Notes under the pieces: generated by a model
The model's input: only the letters and a program-made list of their open reading frames with translations
Database searches by the model: none
Told to the model about the DNA's origin: nothing
In this document: positions 47,653 to 57,022 of the stretch, one piece after another
Numbering within the stretch: position 1 is the stretch's first letter
Layout: every line of letters starts with the position of its first letter
DNA from: a virus
Virus record (IMG/VR): IMGVR_UViG_3300036939_000082
Span: 1-64,000 of that record
DNA length: 64,000 bases
Direction: 5' to 3' (one strand)
Program-made: the position numbers and the translations under genes

Positions 47653-48234
47653 TCAATTTTTCAAGAACTGTTCAGCCGCCAGCCAAGCTTTTTCGGGAGT
47701 TGGATGCGGTGCGCTCAATGTCCGATCGCCCGCGCCCACACCAAAATCGTAAGGAAAAGATCCGGGTGCTCGAACGCGGAAGCTCCAACCTTCCGATCGC
47801 CCACGTTCCACTAATTCGACTCGATACTGAACCCGCTGCACCGTGTATATCTGGCGATTGCCGTTCCTAACGTCTAATCCGCCGTAGCAATCGGGACGGT
47901 AGGTTTCCACGATTTTTGCAACCAAGCTTCTGTGGCAGCGCACGGGCGATCTCTCCCAACAGCACAAGGTTACATCGGTTTCTGGATCGAGATTGTCCAG
48001 CCAGTGCTTGATAGCATTCCAGCGCGATCGGCAAGTTTTTCGATAAGCTTCCACATAGTCTTCCCAATCTGCTTTAGACTTCGGGCTGTTTTTGTACTTT
48101 TGTACCGCTCTCCAATTAGGGACAAACAGTTCGATTGTCTTGACATCGGAGTGGGACTTAGGTGGATACTTGGCGATTGACTGGAGTTCGCCAAACTGAA
48201 ATTCCCATTTAGAGAATGCTGTGAAGTAAATCAT
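47653..48234 (-). CDS. DUF488-family protein
   Basis: F.P.W ... Y...YR ... VTLCCWE....CHRSLVA. Confidence 0.8.
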   Translation of the reverse strand: MIYFTAFSKWEFQFGELQSIAKYPPKSHSDVKTIELFVPNWRAVQKYKNSPKSKADWEDYVEAYRKTCRSRWNAIKHWLDNLDPETDVTLCCWERSPVRCHRSLVAKIVETYRPDCYGGLDVRNGNRQIYTVQRVQYRVELVERGRSEGWSFRVRAPGSFPYDFGVGAGDRTLSAPHPTPEKAWLAAEQFLKN

Positions 48235-48236
48235 TT

Positions 48237-49976
48237 TTAACTGTTTTTAACGCCTAGTTTTGCCGAAATTTCTCGTTGTAGAACTCTTCTAAATGCTATT
48301 TCAATATTGCAAATTCGAGTTTTGACCATATTTAATAGAGGAAGCGAGGTGATTCTAATCTCTGCGGTGTTATTGACGATCGCCACTAGGCGACCGTGCT
48401 GTCTCAATAATTCCTGCGTTCCGTAGGGTCTAACCTCGTTTAAAGTTTTATTCCACAAACGATGTAACTCGATCGCGCTTAACGGCTTGTTTTCTTCGTT
48501 AGCTTCTTGATACTTGAGTCGAGCCCACTTGGTTGAATGACCCAGTTTTTTTGCTAAATATCGCCAACTACCCAGAGAAATTTCCGATCGCCACTCTTTG
48601 CTTGTTTCGGTAAATTGATGGTATACCCAAGCAGTTGGGTACTTAAGGCGTTGGCAGTTAGCCAATAAATCATCAATTATTGCAGTGTGTGTTGGATTGG
48701 GAGTTAAATCGATCTCTTTGTCTTTGTCGTTTGCATTCAATTCTGGTTTTGGTTTTTCTCCTCCGCCACTACCCACTTTGAACGTGTTTTCAGTCAGACA
48801 GTTTGGACAAAGACATTTTAAATCGGGAATCTCGTGCGACAGCGGCTTGAAGATGTGAGAACACGATTTGCAGACAACGTGCAGGAACCGTTTAGCTTCT
48901 ATTCCAAGGCTTTGAGGTTCCAGCGACCATTCTCTTTCTTCATCTGGCAGTCCTAACGATTCCCAACTTTTGCCGTGATCGATGATTGTGGCAAAAGTCT
49001 TGCCGTCTGCCAATCTCAGTCCGCGACCGACCATCTGGAGCCACAGGCTCAAGCTTCTTGTGGGCCGCACGATCTGAACAACTTCAATACTGGGAAGATC
49101 GAATCCTTCTGAGATAATTCCGCAGTTGCAAAGGACGATCGTCTCTCCTGAGTTAAACCTGTACAGAACATCCCGCCGATCGCCCGTTTCCGTTTCTCCG
49201 TCTAAATGCTCCGCTGGAATCCCAGCAGCTTGAAAAGCTCCTGCATATTCGCGACTTCTAGCAACGTCTACAGCAAAAACCACAGTCCGGTTCCCGCCTG
49301 CCCGTCGCTTCCACTCGGCTACCACATCGTTTGGCTCTATTTGTTCGGCAACCGCTTCGCTCAATCTTTCACTATTGAAGTCTCCACCGCTGCTTTTGAT
49401 TTTGTTGGTATTGATTGTCTTGCCAGCTTGGTACAGTTTGTACTGAGACAGATATCCGCGATCGATCAGTTCCTTGGTGGACGGCCCGCAGATTAGTGAT
49501 TGAAATAGGTATTTAAACCCTTGACCGTCATTTCTACACGGAGTTGCAGTGAATCCCAAGATTTTGGCATTTGGATAGTTTTGCAAAACTTTTGTGTAGC
49601 TCCGACTGCAAGCGTGGTGTGCTTCATCAATAATTACTAGGTCTGCTGGCGGTAAATATTGGCGGCGGGCGAGCGACTGGATTGATGCAATTTGTAAATT
49701 GTAGAGAGGGTTTGGCTTGTAGCCGTTTTTGATGATTCCTGCGGAAATTCCAGAAATAGCCTCCATTTTTTCTTGGGCTTGCAAAAGCAATTCTTCTCTG
49801 TGAGCAATAACTAAGACTCGCAGTCCACTATTCAAAAACGGTGCGCTAATCGTTCCGAACGTAGGTGTTTTTCCACCGCCAGTAGCGAGTTGCACCATAA
49901 TGGAGCGAACGTCGTTTTGCCACAACTCCAATACCTTGAATTCTATTTCTTCTTGGTAATCTCTTAACTTGTACAT
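48237..49976 (-). CDS. Superfamily 2 DEAD/H helicase with zinc ribbon
   Basis: LRDYQ, ATGGGKT, DEAHH, TATP, EGFDLP, QMVGRGLR, CxxC...CPNC. Confidence 0.92.
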   Translation of the reverse strand: MYKLRDYQEEIEFKVLELWQNDVRSIMVQLATGGGKTPTFGTISAPFLNSGLRVLVIAHREELLLQAQEKMEAISGISAGIIKNGYKPNPLYNLQIASIQSLARRQYLPPADLVIIDEAHHACSRSYTKVLQNYPNAKILGFTATPCRNDGQGFKYLFQSLICGPSTKELIDRGYLSQYKLYQAGKTINTNKIKSSGGDFNSERLSEAVAEQIEPNDVVAEWKRRAGGNRTVVFAVDVARSREYAGAFQAAGIPAEHLDGETETGDRRDVLYRFNSGETIVLCNCGIISEGFDLPSIEVVQIVRPTRSLSLWLQMVGRGLRLADGKTFATIIDHGKSWESLGLPDEEREWSLEPQSLGIEAKRFLHVVCKSCSHIFKPLSHEIPDLKCLCPNCLTENTFKVGSGGGEKPKPELNANDKDKEIDLTPNPTHTAIIDDLLANCQRLKYPTAWVYHQFTETSKEWRSEISLGSWRYLAKKLGHSTKWARLKYQEANEENKPLSAIELHRLWNKTLNEVRPYGTQELLRQHGRLVAIVNNTAEIRITSLPLLNMVKTRICNIEIAFRRVLQREISAKLGVKNS

Positions 49977-50160
49977 TGTTCTTGTTTTGTGTTGGTTGAG
50001 GACTTAATACTAGAGATAAGATCGACTTTCCTCAAGGATTGCCAATATCTTGTTTAGCTTGTCAATAGAGCATCCAAGTCCAAAACGCATAGTGATTGAT
50101 TTTGGTTTTCACTGCTTTTGTTCACAAAAATTGATTTGGGCTTTATGGTGGGGAAAATTG

Positions 50161-51726
50161 TTAGTGTTTTTGACCAAATTTTAAGTCTGCCCACGACAAT
50201 TGCTTGTCTATATTCTCTTTTGGCTTGCTAATTAACTCCTTAATTTTTTCCATGCCATCAACTCCATTGTTAACCGCTGCACTCAACTCGTGTTTTTCCT
50301 GTGCTCGCGATATCGCATCCTCCCGAGATTCTCCATTCCGCTCAAATGCTTGCTCCAAAGGCTTATAAACGTTTTTGCGATGGGGTGATAAACGTTGCTT
50401 ATCCGTCAGACTTAGCAAGCTTGCCATCAGTTCTAGGTGATTTTTGTCGTCACCACAAACCTCTTTAAGCGCTTCCCACTCTTCATTGCCAAGGATAGTG
50501 CGCTCGTCAATATGTCGAACATCTTTAAAAACTTCACCCGTCGCTTCTTCGTAAATTCGTGGCAAACTGTCGTCAAATTCATGCTTCTGTTCTAGCCAAA
50601 TCCTGCGGATTTCACTGAGTTCTTCTGGGGTAATTAAGGTGATGTCGCGCATTTCTAGGGGTGCAGTTTTGCGGATGTGAGTCTGTGTTTCTAGTACCCG
50701 TCTGAGCCAGTGTTCGCGCCAATGTCGTAGATATGGTCCTGGTATAAGTTCGACAGACGTGGTGCCGTCGTCCATCGTCTTGTCGAATAGATCAACCCTG
50801 CCGTTCATCCGTCGATAATCGCGCCGATCACGATCGTCCGGGACTTGTAGTTCGTTCCGAATATCAAGCAACGGTTGCATCCATTCTTTTTGACTGTCGT
50901 TAATAATCATTGCTTCCATCGATTTGTCTTTGCTAACCATCGTGCAAGTCCAACAACCAAACCGAGAACTACCACAGCTAGGGGTAGAAGTATCAACTAC
51001 TAGCGGGCATTCATTATCTGCCGTTGCGCCACGATACATGACAAACAGATCTTTGTTGCTCCCGCCCCACGGATTGTCAAATTGCATCAAATACATCCAT
51101 ACCTCGTCCGTGCGCCAATCTTCAATCGGAAGGTAGATAAAAGATCCAGGATTTGCTGGGCTTGAGTTTAAATGTTTTGCTACCCTGCTTTCCCTATGCT
51201 TCGCCATATTGGTGGCACGGGTAGAACTTTCAGCACTACGAGTGCCAAGTGCCAAAACAACTTGACCGCAGGTGGCGATCGACTGACGTATAAAGACCGT
51301 GGCGGGATTGATTTTTAGACGATCTGTACACCATCGAAAATTACGCCGGGGTGCTGCATACCCTTTCCCAATCAAACAAACCCAAAAAGTGTCCTGAATA
51401 GCTGGTGTAGTGACTTGAGTTACGATCGGCATTTCTTGTTCCAATGCTGCTCGCTCCATCTGCTTCAACGAACTGCGAACTTGGGCGGACACAATTGGAT
51501 TCTCCACCAGCGTGTCATTTGTGAGTACGTAGATTTTGTGGATGCGTTGATCGATCGGTAGTTGGCGGACGGCGTTCCAAATTAACTGCAAAACCGTGGT
51601 ACTATCTTTGCCTCCACTCCAACCGATGACAATTGGATTGCCCTCTAGATATATTTGCTGAATTTCTTTGGTCAGCAGTTCGATTTCGGTCATTAGACCG
51701 GGAACGGTACGGAGAGTATCTGTCAT
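50161..51726 (-). CDS. dndC: DNA phosphorothioation sulfurtransferase DndC
   Basis: WSGGKDST, RWCTDRLKI, DNECPLVVDTSTPSCGSSRFGCWTCT, full DndC C-terminus; 521 aa. Confidence 0.9.
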   Translation of the reverse strand: MTDTLRTVPGLMTEIELLTKEIQQIYLEGNPIVIGWSGGKDSTTVLQLIWNAVRQLPIDQRIHKIYVLTNDTLVENPIVSAQVRSSLKQMERAALEQEMPIVTQVTTPAIQDTFWVCLIGKGYAAPRRNFRWCTDRLKINPATVFIRQSIATCGQVVLALGTRSAESSTRATNMAKHRESRVAKHLNSSPANPGSFIYLPIEDWRTDEVWMYLMQFDNPWGGSNKDLFVMYRGATADNECPLVVDTSTPSCGSSRFGCWTCTMVSKDKSMEAMIINDSQKEWMQPLLDIRNELQVPDDRDRRDYRRMNGRVDLFDKTMDDGTTSVELIPGPYLRHWREHWLRRVLETQTHIRKTAPLEMRDITLITPEELSEIRRIWLEQKHEFDDSLPRIYEEATGEVFKDVRHIDERTILGNEEWEALKEVCGDDKNHLELMASLLSLTDKQRLSPHRKNVYKPLEQAFERNGESREDAISRAQEKHELSAAVNNGVDGMEKIKELISKPKENIDKQLSWADLKFGQKH

Positions 51727-52175
51727 TATTTTTTCCGGTTTGCGAGATTTTTGGTAACTGGGAGCAAAGCAAAGATTTGCTCTGAGCTTAATTTCAAAAG
51801 CTGCTGCGGAGGATTGATGCCCGCATCTTTTAATGCAACAAGGTCGATCGCGCTTTCAAATCTTTTGGGGCGATCGACCCACACCGCTACCCCTGCATCC
51901 TTACCCTGATAATAAGCGTCGAAATCTTCCGCCGACACTTGTGCATACTGTTCAGTTTCTCGTCGGAGTCGATCTATCCAGATTTGAGATCGATCGCGCA
52001 CCCTAACTTCGCCAATAACTTCGCCTACCGGGAGCGTTGCGTAGATTAGGAGGCGATCGCCCGCTGATAGCGAACTTCCAAAATTACCCTTGCGGAGTTC
52101 TACGGTTTTCGGGCGATCGTCCGAAAAAAACAAACTAGCCCAAGTCGGCTTGACTGACATCAGGTAAGTTTCCAT
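51726..52175 (-). CDS. ASCH-domain protein
   Basis: LMSVKP.WA.L......KTVELRK ... GDRLLIYAT.P..EVIGE. Confidence 0.85.
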   Translation of the reverse strand: METYLMSVKPTWASLFFSDDRPKTVELRKGNFGSSLSAGDRLLIYATLPVGEVIGEVRVRDRSQIWIDRLRRETEQYAQVSAEDFDAYYQGKDAGVAVWVDRPKRFESAIDLVALKDAGINPPQQLLKLSSEQIFALLPVTKNLANRKK

Positions 52176-52384
52176 TATTCTTCCTTCCCAAAGTACATTT
52201 TTATGTGTTCTTCTATGCTGAAAACCCTTCCGTATTCCTCAAAATAGGCGTTGTCGAACAAAACCCATGCTTCGAGCCTGCCGCACATAGGGATGTCTCC
52301 CTCAGCGCACAACTTTTTGAACTTTCTCTTGTCTGAAGGATGCAAGAAAACGCTTACTTTGTCTTTATCTGGGGGTTCTGGCAT
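52175..52384 (-). CDS. Small RHH-like regulator
   Basis: KVSVFL.P.DK.KFK..C strand-helix pattern; first gene of the dndC unit. Confidence 0.55.
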   Translation of the reverse strand: MPEPPDKDKVSVFLHPSDKRKFKKLCAEGDIPMCGRLEAWVLFDNAYFEEYGRVFSIEEHIKMYFGKEE

Positions 52385-52411
52385 TTTTTTGGATTAAAAA
52401 GTGATTGTCTC

Positions 52412-52502
52412 TAACTATGCTACTTATTCTACCAGTTGTCAAGTATTTTTGATGAAATAATTTTAGCACCTCTTGACATAAGTAGTATACTTATGCCACT
52501 AT
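52412..52502. promoter_or_regulatory. Divergent promoters with an operator-like inverted repeat
   Basis: TTGACA on both strands; CATAAGTA-N3-TACTTATG at 52477-52495. Confidence 0.5.
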
Positions 52503-52641
52503 TGATTTATTGTAAAAGCAGTGAACTGATTATGGCTATCGATTGGAATTAAATTCGTCAAACAGCAAAAGCTGTAGAAAGTGTTTAACCGCGATGCAAT
52601 CAACTTACTTGAATACAAAAATACGGAGGGAGTGCGAGAAA

Positions 52642-53670
52642 ATGACTAATATTGAATGGTGCGACATCACTGCAAATCCAATTCATTTAATCCGCGAGGA
52701 CGGATCGAACGGCGGTCATTTTTGCCAGAAGTTGTCCCCTGGATGTTTAAATTGTTATGCAGAGGAAATAAATCAAAGCAATTATTTTGGTTTTGCTTCA
52801 CACTTGCCGTATTCTGGAAAACCACCAGAAAATTTGATTTTTGATGATGAAGTGATGCGAAAGCTAGTCAATATGCGATCGTCCAAAACAATCTTCCTCT
52901 GTTCGATGACCGATCTATTTGGCAACTGGATTCCATCTGAATGGATCTATAAAGCATTTGCCTATATGGCGATCGCCTCGCAGCACAAATTTTTAGTCTT
53001 GACCAAGCGACCGGAAAGGATGAAAGACATTTTGCGCTGTGGCGGAAAGCAACGCATCAGACGAGATGCTGTCGATGTAGGGCGATCGATGGGCTTAGAA
53101 CCAAGACGCTACGAAAGTTTCGAGACTTGTGATTTTGATTGGCCTTTGGCGAATGTGGGGCTGGGAACGTCAATCGAAAATCAGCAAGTTGCGGGCGATC
53201 GGGCAACAGATCTACTTGACTGCCCAGCCGCAATGCGATTTTTATCTTGCGAACCACTCCTAGAGGAATTGAATTTAGTTTCGTACAAGCGTAACGGTGG
53301 TAGCTACAATTACCTCCTAAATACATGGGAACCCCACAAGTCTGGGGCTGGTGGCGCTGTCGCTGGAGGTCGGATATCGCCTTTTTATAATGACGGAATT
53401 AATTGGATTATCTGCGGTGGAGAGTCTGGCTCCGGTGTTCGCCCCTGCCATATCGATTGGATTCGATCGCTCGTTCAGCAATGCCAGCAAACCAAAACAG
53501 CGGTGTTTGTCAAGCAATGGGGAAGTCACGCGATCAACTCCACCCCATACATTGATGGAGTTGTTCAAAGTCACTTCCGGGTAAAGCTCAAGAGTCGGAA
53601 AGGTGGGGACATTTCTGAATTCCCTGCCGACTTACAGATTCGACAATTTCCACATTTTTTAGGGAAGTGA
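52642..53670 (+). CDS. DUF5131 (phage Gp37/Gp68) family protein
   Basis: IEWCD, SPGCLNCYA, SMTDLF, LTKRPER, FLSCEPLL, WIICGGESG, FVKQWG. Confidence 0.9.
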   Translation: MTNIEWCDITANPIHLIREDGSNGGHFCQKLSPGCLNCYAEEINQSNYFGFASHLPYSGKPPENLIFDDEVMRKLVNMRSSKTIFLCSMTDLFGNWIPSEWIYKAFAYMAIASQHKFLVLTKRPERMKDILRCGGKQRIRRDAVDVGRSMGLEPRRYESFETCDFDWPLANVGLGTSIENQQVAGDRATDLLDCPAAMRFLSCEPLLEELNLVSYKRNGGSYNYLLNTWEPHKSGAGGAVAGGRISPFYNDGINWIICGGESGSGVRPCHIDWIRSLVQQCQQTKTAVFVKQWGSHAINSTPYIDGVVQSHFRVKLKSRKGGDISEFPADLQIRQFPHFLGK

Positions 53671-54071
53671 ATGCTATGTCTCAGATCAACATTGAAAGAC
53701 ACCAATCATTTAGTCATTCGGGTTGTAACTTTACAACTTACGACGAGTCTCAATTTTTGATGGTAGCCGAGTATTGGGAGGCGAGTCAGGAAAGATCGAA
53801 CAAATTACCTTTGCAGGGATTTGGGAGAGCCACGTACAGAAATTGTGTAGAAGCTTGTATTGAGGCAATCGAGCAAGCTGTTAACGCAGAATTTAGTCTT
53901 AACCATGCAATCGGGAAAGAAACTTTACTAATCGTTCCAGTAGTTGTAATGCGTTTTACCTTGCACCCTAGGAAAAGCACGGCAGGACTTCCTAGAGCGG
54001 AGAAAGATGAGCTACACCAGCGACAAACCGCCCACAGAACTAATAACAATACAAATGGGGAAGAAAAATGA
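53667..54071 (+). CDS. Hypothetical protein
   Basis: Overlapping operon member. Confidence 0.5.
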   Translation: MNAMSQINIERHQSFSHSGCNFTTYDESQFLMVAEYWEASQERSNKLPLQGFGRATYRNCVEACIEAIEQAVNAEFSLNHAIGKETLLIVPVVVMRFTLHPRKSTAGLPRAEKDELHQRQTAHRTNNNTNGEEK

Positions 54072-54463
54072 GTTGTAATTGTGAAATGCCAGCGCTGTAT
54101 AGGTCAAAGCTGGTAAAGACAAGAAAAAAACATAAATGCGTAGAATGTAACGAGCATATTGCGATTGGGGAAAAGGCAGAAAAAGTAGACGCTATCTACG
54201 ATGGTAGTTTTCAGACTTTTTACACTTGCTTGCAATGTCAAGAGATAATCGAATTCATTCGTCAAGAACATGAAGACGATTTACTCAAAGACTTGAAAGA
54301 GGCACTGTGTTGTCATGGCGAACTGTACGAATTGTTGTCTGAAAGTGTTTTTGACAGTCAGGAAGAGGAAGAAGGTTATGCCTGTCATTATCGACCAAAC
54401 GTTTCTTGGTTGAATCCGTTTGTTCAAGGAAAACTATCTCTAAATATTGAGGCAAAGTTATGA
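54068..54463 (+). CDS. Zinc-finger phage protein
   Basis: TRKKHKCVEC ... YTCLQC. Confidence 0.6.
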   Translation: MSCNCEMPALYRSKLVKTRKKHKCVECNEHIAIGEKAEKVDAIYDGSFQTFYTCLQCQEIIEFIRQEHEDDLLKDLKEALCCHGELYELLSESVFDSQEEEEGYACHYRPNVSWLNPFVQGKLSLNIEAKL

Positions 54464-55674
54464 GAGCCTCAATCGGTTTTGCGGGCGGTGGATTGAGTTC
54501 GATCGCCCTAGAGCTAGCAGGAATTAAAGTAGTACACGCGGTTGAGAATAATCCCCAGGCAGCAGGGATTTATGCGATGAATTTCCCCGAAACAAATCTA
54601 GAGATTAAATCGATCGCCAATATTGATTGGTCGGCGATCGGGAAGATTGACTTCTGCCAAGATTCTCCGCCGTGCCAAAACTTCAGCGAGGCTGGTACCG
54701 GCGAAGAAACCGACTTAGATGTTTTTTTGGCGCAAGCCTTGGTGCGGAAAATTGAAGCGCTCAATCCCAAGTTCGGAATTATAGAGCAAGTTCTCCGCTA
54801 CTTTGGTAAAGAGTCAAAAAGCTGGGCGATCGTAGAGTCCGGGTTGAAGCGGATGGGATATAACGTCAGAGTCGATCGCGTCAACGCAGCAGACTTTGGC
54901 ACCCCTCAATCTAGAGAAAGGGGGTTTGCAATTTATAGTCGCGGTAAATTGCCTGCCGTGCTACCGTCTCACGCAGAACGAAAAGATGAAGGCACTTTGT
55001 TCGATACTTCCGTTTACGGACTGCCGACTTGGCGGGGGTGGTACGGGGCGATCGCCGACTTGTTGGCAGAACTGCCCGTCTACACGGTGGCGACTGTCGG
55101 CGGAACGCCTCTAAAAAAGCCAAACGGTCAGTACCAGTGGATTGTCAACGACAAAGAACTGACGGACAAAAACGGTTTAGCGCTTTGGCAGATTCAGCGA
55201 CTGGCGTCGGGGGCGATCGCCTCTAAATATGGGTTGTGTCAAAGCAAGGCTGGTGGTCAGAAAGACTCACTGATCAAAGATTTTAAATCCACAAGTCCAA
55301 CTGTTTTGGCATCGATTTGGAAAGGTATGCCGAAAGTGCTCGTTGGCAAGACGGGGGCGAAGAACGGGCCATTGAGCGCGATCGCCCCAGAGTATCCCAG
55401 CAACACGATTCGAGCTTTTGGCAAGGACGGACACTGGCACCGCATGGACTGCGTGTTTGGTGGAACTCCTAAAACAGGGGCGATCGATGACTACCTAAAA
55501 TCTCTTAAGGTTATCCAACTGTCCCCTCGGTGCTTGGCTCGACTTCAGGGGTTGCCCGATCATCGATTCAAGCTTTCAGGCAACAACGTCCAAGATTGTA
55601 AGGTAATCGGAAATGGAGTGGCGATCGAGCCGATGGTCGCTTACGCAAAAATATTGATAGGAGCAAAAAAATGA
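54460..55674 (+). CDS. C5-cytosine DNA methyltransferase
   Basis: FAGGG (I), SPPCQNFS (IV), EQV (VI variant), QSRER (VIII), GNGV (X). Confidence 0.9.
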   Translation: MRASIGFAGGGLSSIALELAGIKVVHAVENNPQAAGIYAMNFPETNLEIKSIANIDWSAIGKIDFCQDSPPCQNFSEAGTGEETDLDVFLAQALVRKIEALNPKFGIIEQVLRYFGKESKSWAIVESGLKRMGYNVRVDRVNAADFGTPQSRERGFAIYSRGKLPAVLPSHAERKDEGTLFDTSVYGLPTWRGWYGAIADLLAELPVYTVATVGGTPLKKPNGQYQWIVNDKELTDKNGLALWQIQRLASGAIASKYGLCQSKAGGQKDSLIKDFKSTSPTVLASIWKGMPKVLVGKTGAKNGPLSAIAPEYPSNTIRAFGKDGHWHRMDCVFGGTPKTGAIDDYLKSLKVIQLSPRCLARLQGLPDHRFKLSGNNVQDCKVIGNGVAIEPMVAYAKILIGAKK

Positions 55675-56306
55675 AACAAATAATTTTACCTGGTGATAAA
55701 TTTGGATATTTAGAAGTCATAGAAGAGGTTGAACCTTTTGTAAGCAAATCAGGTAATTCTTTTAGGCAATTCATATTTAGATGTCAATGCGGTAAAGTGA
55801 TAACAAAAAAACTTGGACCTATCAGAGAAAAACGAGTTGTTTCGTGTGGGTGTTACAATAATACACGAAGAATCAAACATGGTTTAAGTGAAACAGCTTT
55901 GTATCAAGTTTGGACTGGAATGCGTCAAAGATGCTACAACCCCAAAAATCCTAAATATTCAATATATGGAGGGAATGGTATAAAAATTTGTGAGGAATGG
56001 AACACTTCGCCATCTGCTTTTGTTGAATGGGCATTGTCTAATGGATATTCGCCAGGACTCACAATAGATAGAATAGACAGTAATGGTAATTATTGTCCAG
56101 CTAATTGCCGGATTGTTGACTATTTTATTCAAAACAACAACACAAACAGAAACCATGTTGTTGAAATTTTTGGTGAAAACAAAACTATTGCTGAATGGTC
56201 TAGAGATACGAGGTGTGTAGTTGACTATGAAACATTTGCGTCTCGCATAAAAAGAAAATGGAATCCGCTTTTAGCCCTTACGAAAAACAAGCAAAAAAGA
56301 AAGTGA
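55671..56306 (+). CDS. HNH-type homing endonuclease
   Basis: C.CQCG ... MRQRCYNP...YGG.GI.ICEEW ... TIDRIDSNGNYCP.NCR. Confidence 0.85.
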   Translation: MKQIILPGDKFGYLEVIEEVEPFVSKSGNSFRQFIFRCQCGKVITKKLGPIREKRVVSCGCYNNTRRIKHGLSETALYQVWTGMRQRCYNPKNPKYSIYGGNGIKICEEWNTSPSAFVEWALSNGYSPGLTIDRIDSNGNYCPANCRIVDYFIQNNNTNRNHVVEIFGENKTIAEWSRDTRCVVDYETFASRIKRKWNPLLALTKNKQKRK

Positions 56307-56432
56307 AAATTACTAAGAAGCTACTAACGTGGCGACGTAACAGCGGTGCTGATGTCGAAATAATTGCGACTTCACTGGGTGGCGCCGGTCACAAACAGGT
56401 GGCGGTTTTTGTGCTGTGGTCAAAATTAAGCC

Positions 56433-56972
56433 TTGCAAATTTTTAAGATTTGCAAGGCGACTATCAATTTGATGGAGGGTAAAAGTATGACTGTTCAAGC
56501 ATTAAGCAAATATCTAAAAACGTTAAAAAGACAAACAGAATTGGAACTTACCAAAACAGAGGTAAAAATTGCACAGATTGAGGAAAATATAGCTTATTAT
56601 GAAAGAATGTTGGCGTTAATAGATCCTGACGGATCTGTTTCAAAAGATGGAGATTTAAAAACGATCGTCTCAAGCGCAGACTCTCAACGCCTCAGCTTAG
56701 AACACTGTCGTACTCCCAAGAAAATGAAACGCCCTCAATACGCAGGGTTTACTCTTGTAGAATCAATACAAAAAGTTCTTGATAATAATCAAGACCCGAT
56801 GTTGGTCAATCAAATTGTTGAATCTATATTTGACGTGCGTTCAAAAAAAGAGTTTTTGCGAGCTAAAAATGCTTTGTATGTAGAGTTGCGGTCAAATTCA
56901 AGAGGAAGTGCCAAGAAGTGGAAAAAGATATCTAAATATCTTTATGCTTCACTTTTATTTAAAGCGGAGTAG
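56433..56972 (+). CDS. Coiled-coil plus winged-helix-like hypothetical protein
   Basis: N-terminal coiled coil; C-terminal TL.E.I.KVL...I.E.I pattern. Confidence 0.5.
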   Translation: MQIFKICKATINLMEGKSMTVQALSKYLKTLKRQTELELTKTEVKIAQIEENIAYYERMLALIDPDGSVSKDGDLKTIVSSADSQRLSLEHCRTPKKMKRPQYAGFTLVESIQKVLDNNQDPMLVNQIVESIFDVRSKKEFLRAKNALYVELRSNSRGSAKKWKKISKYLYASLLFKAE

Positions 56973-57022
56973 TTTTGAGCTAATAATTAATTGTAGTCAG
57001 TAATAAACAAGAGGTAAAAACA

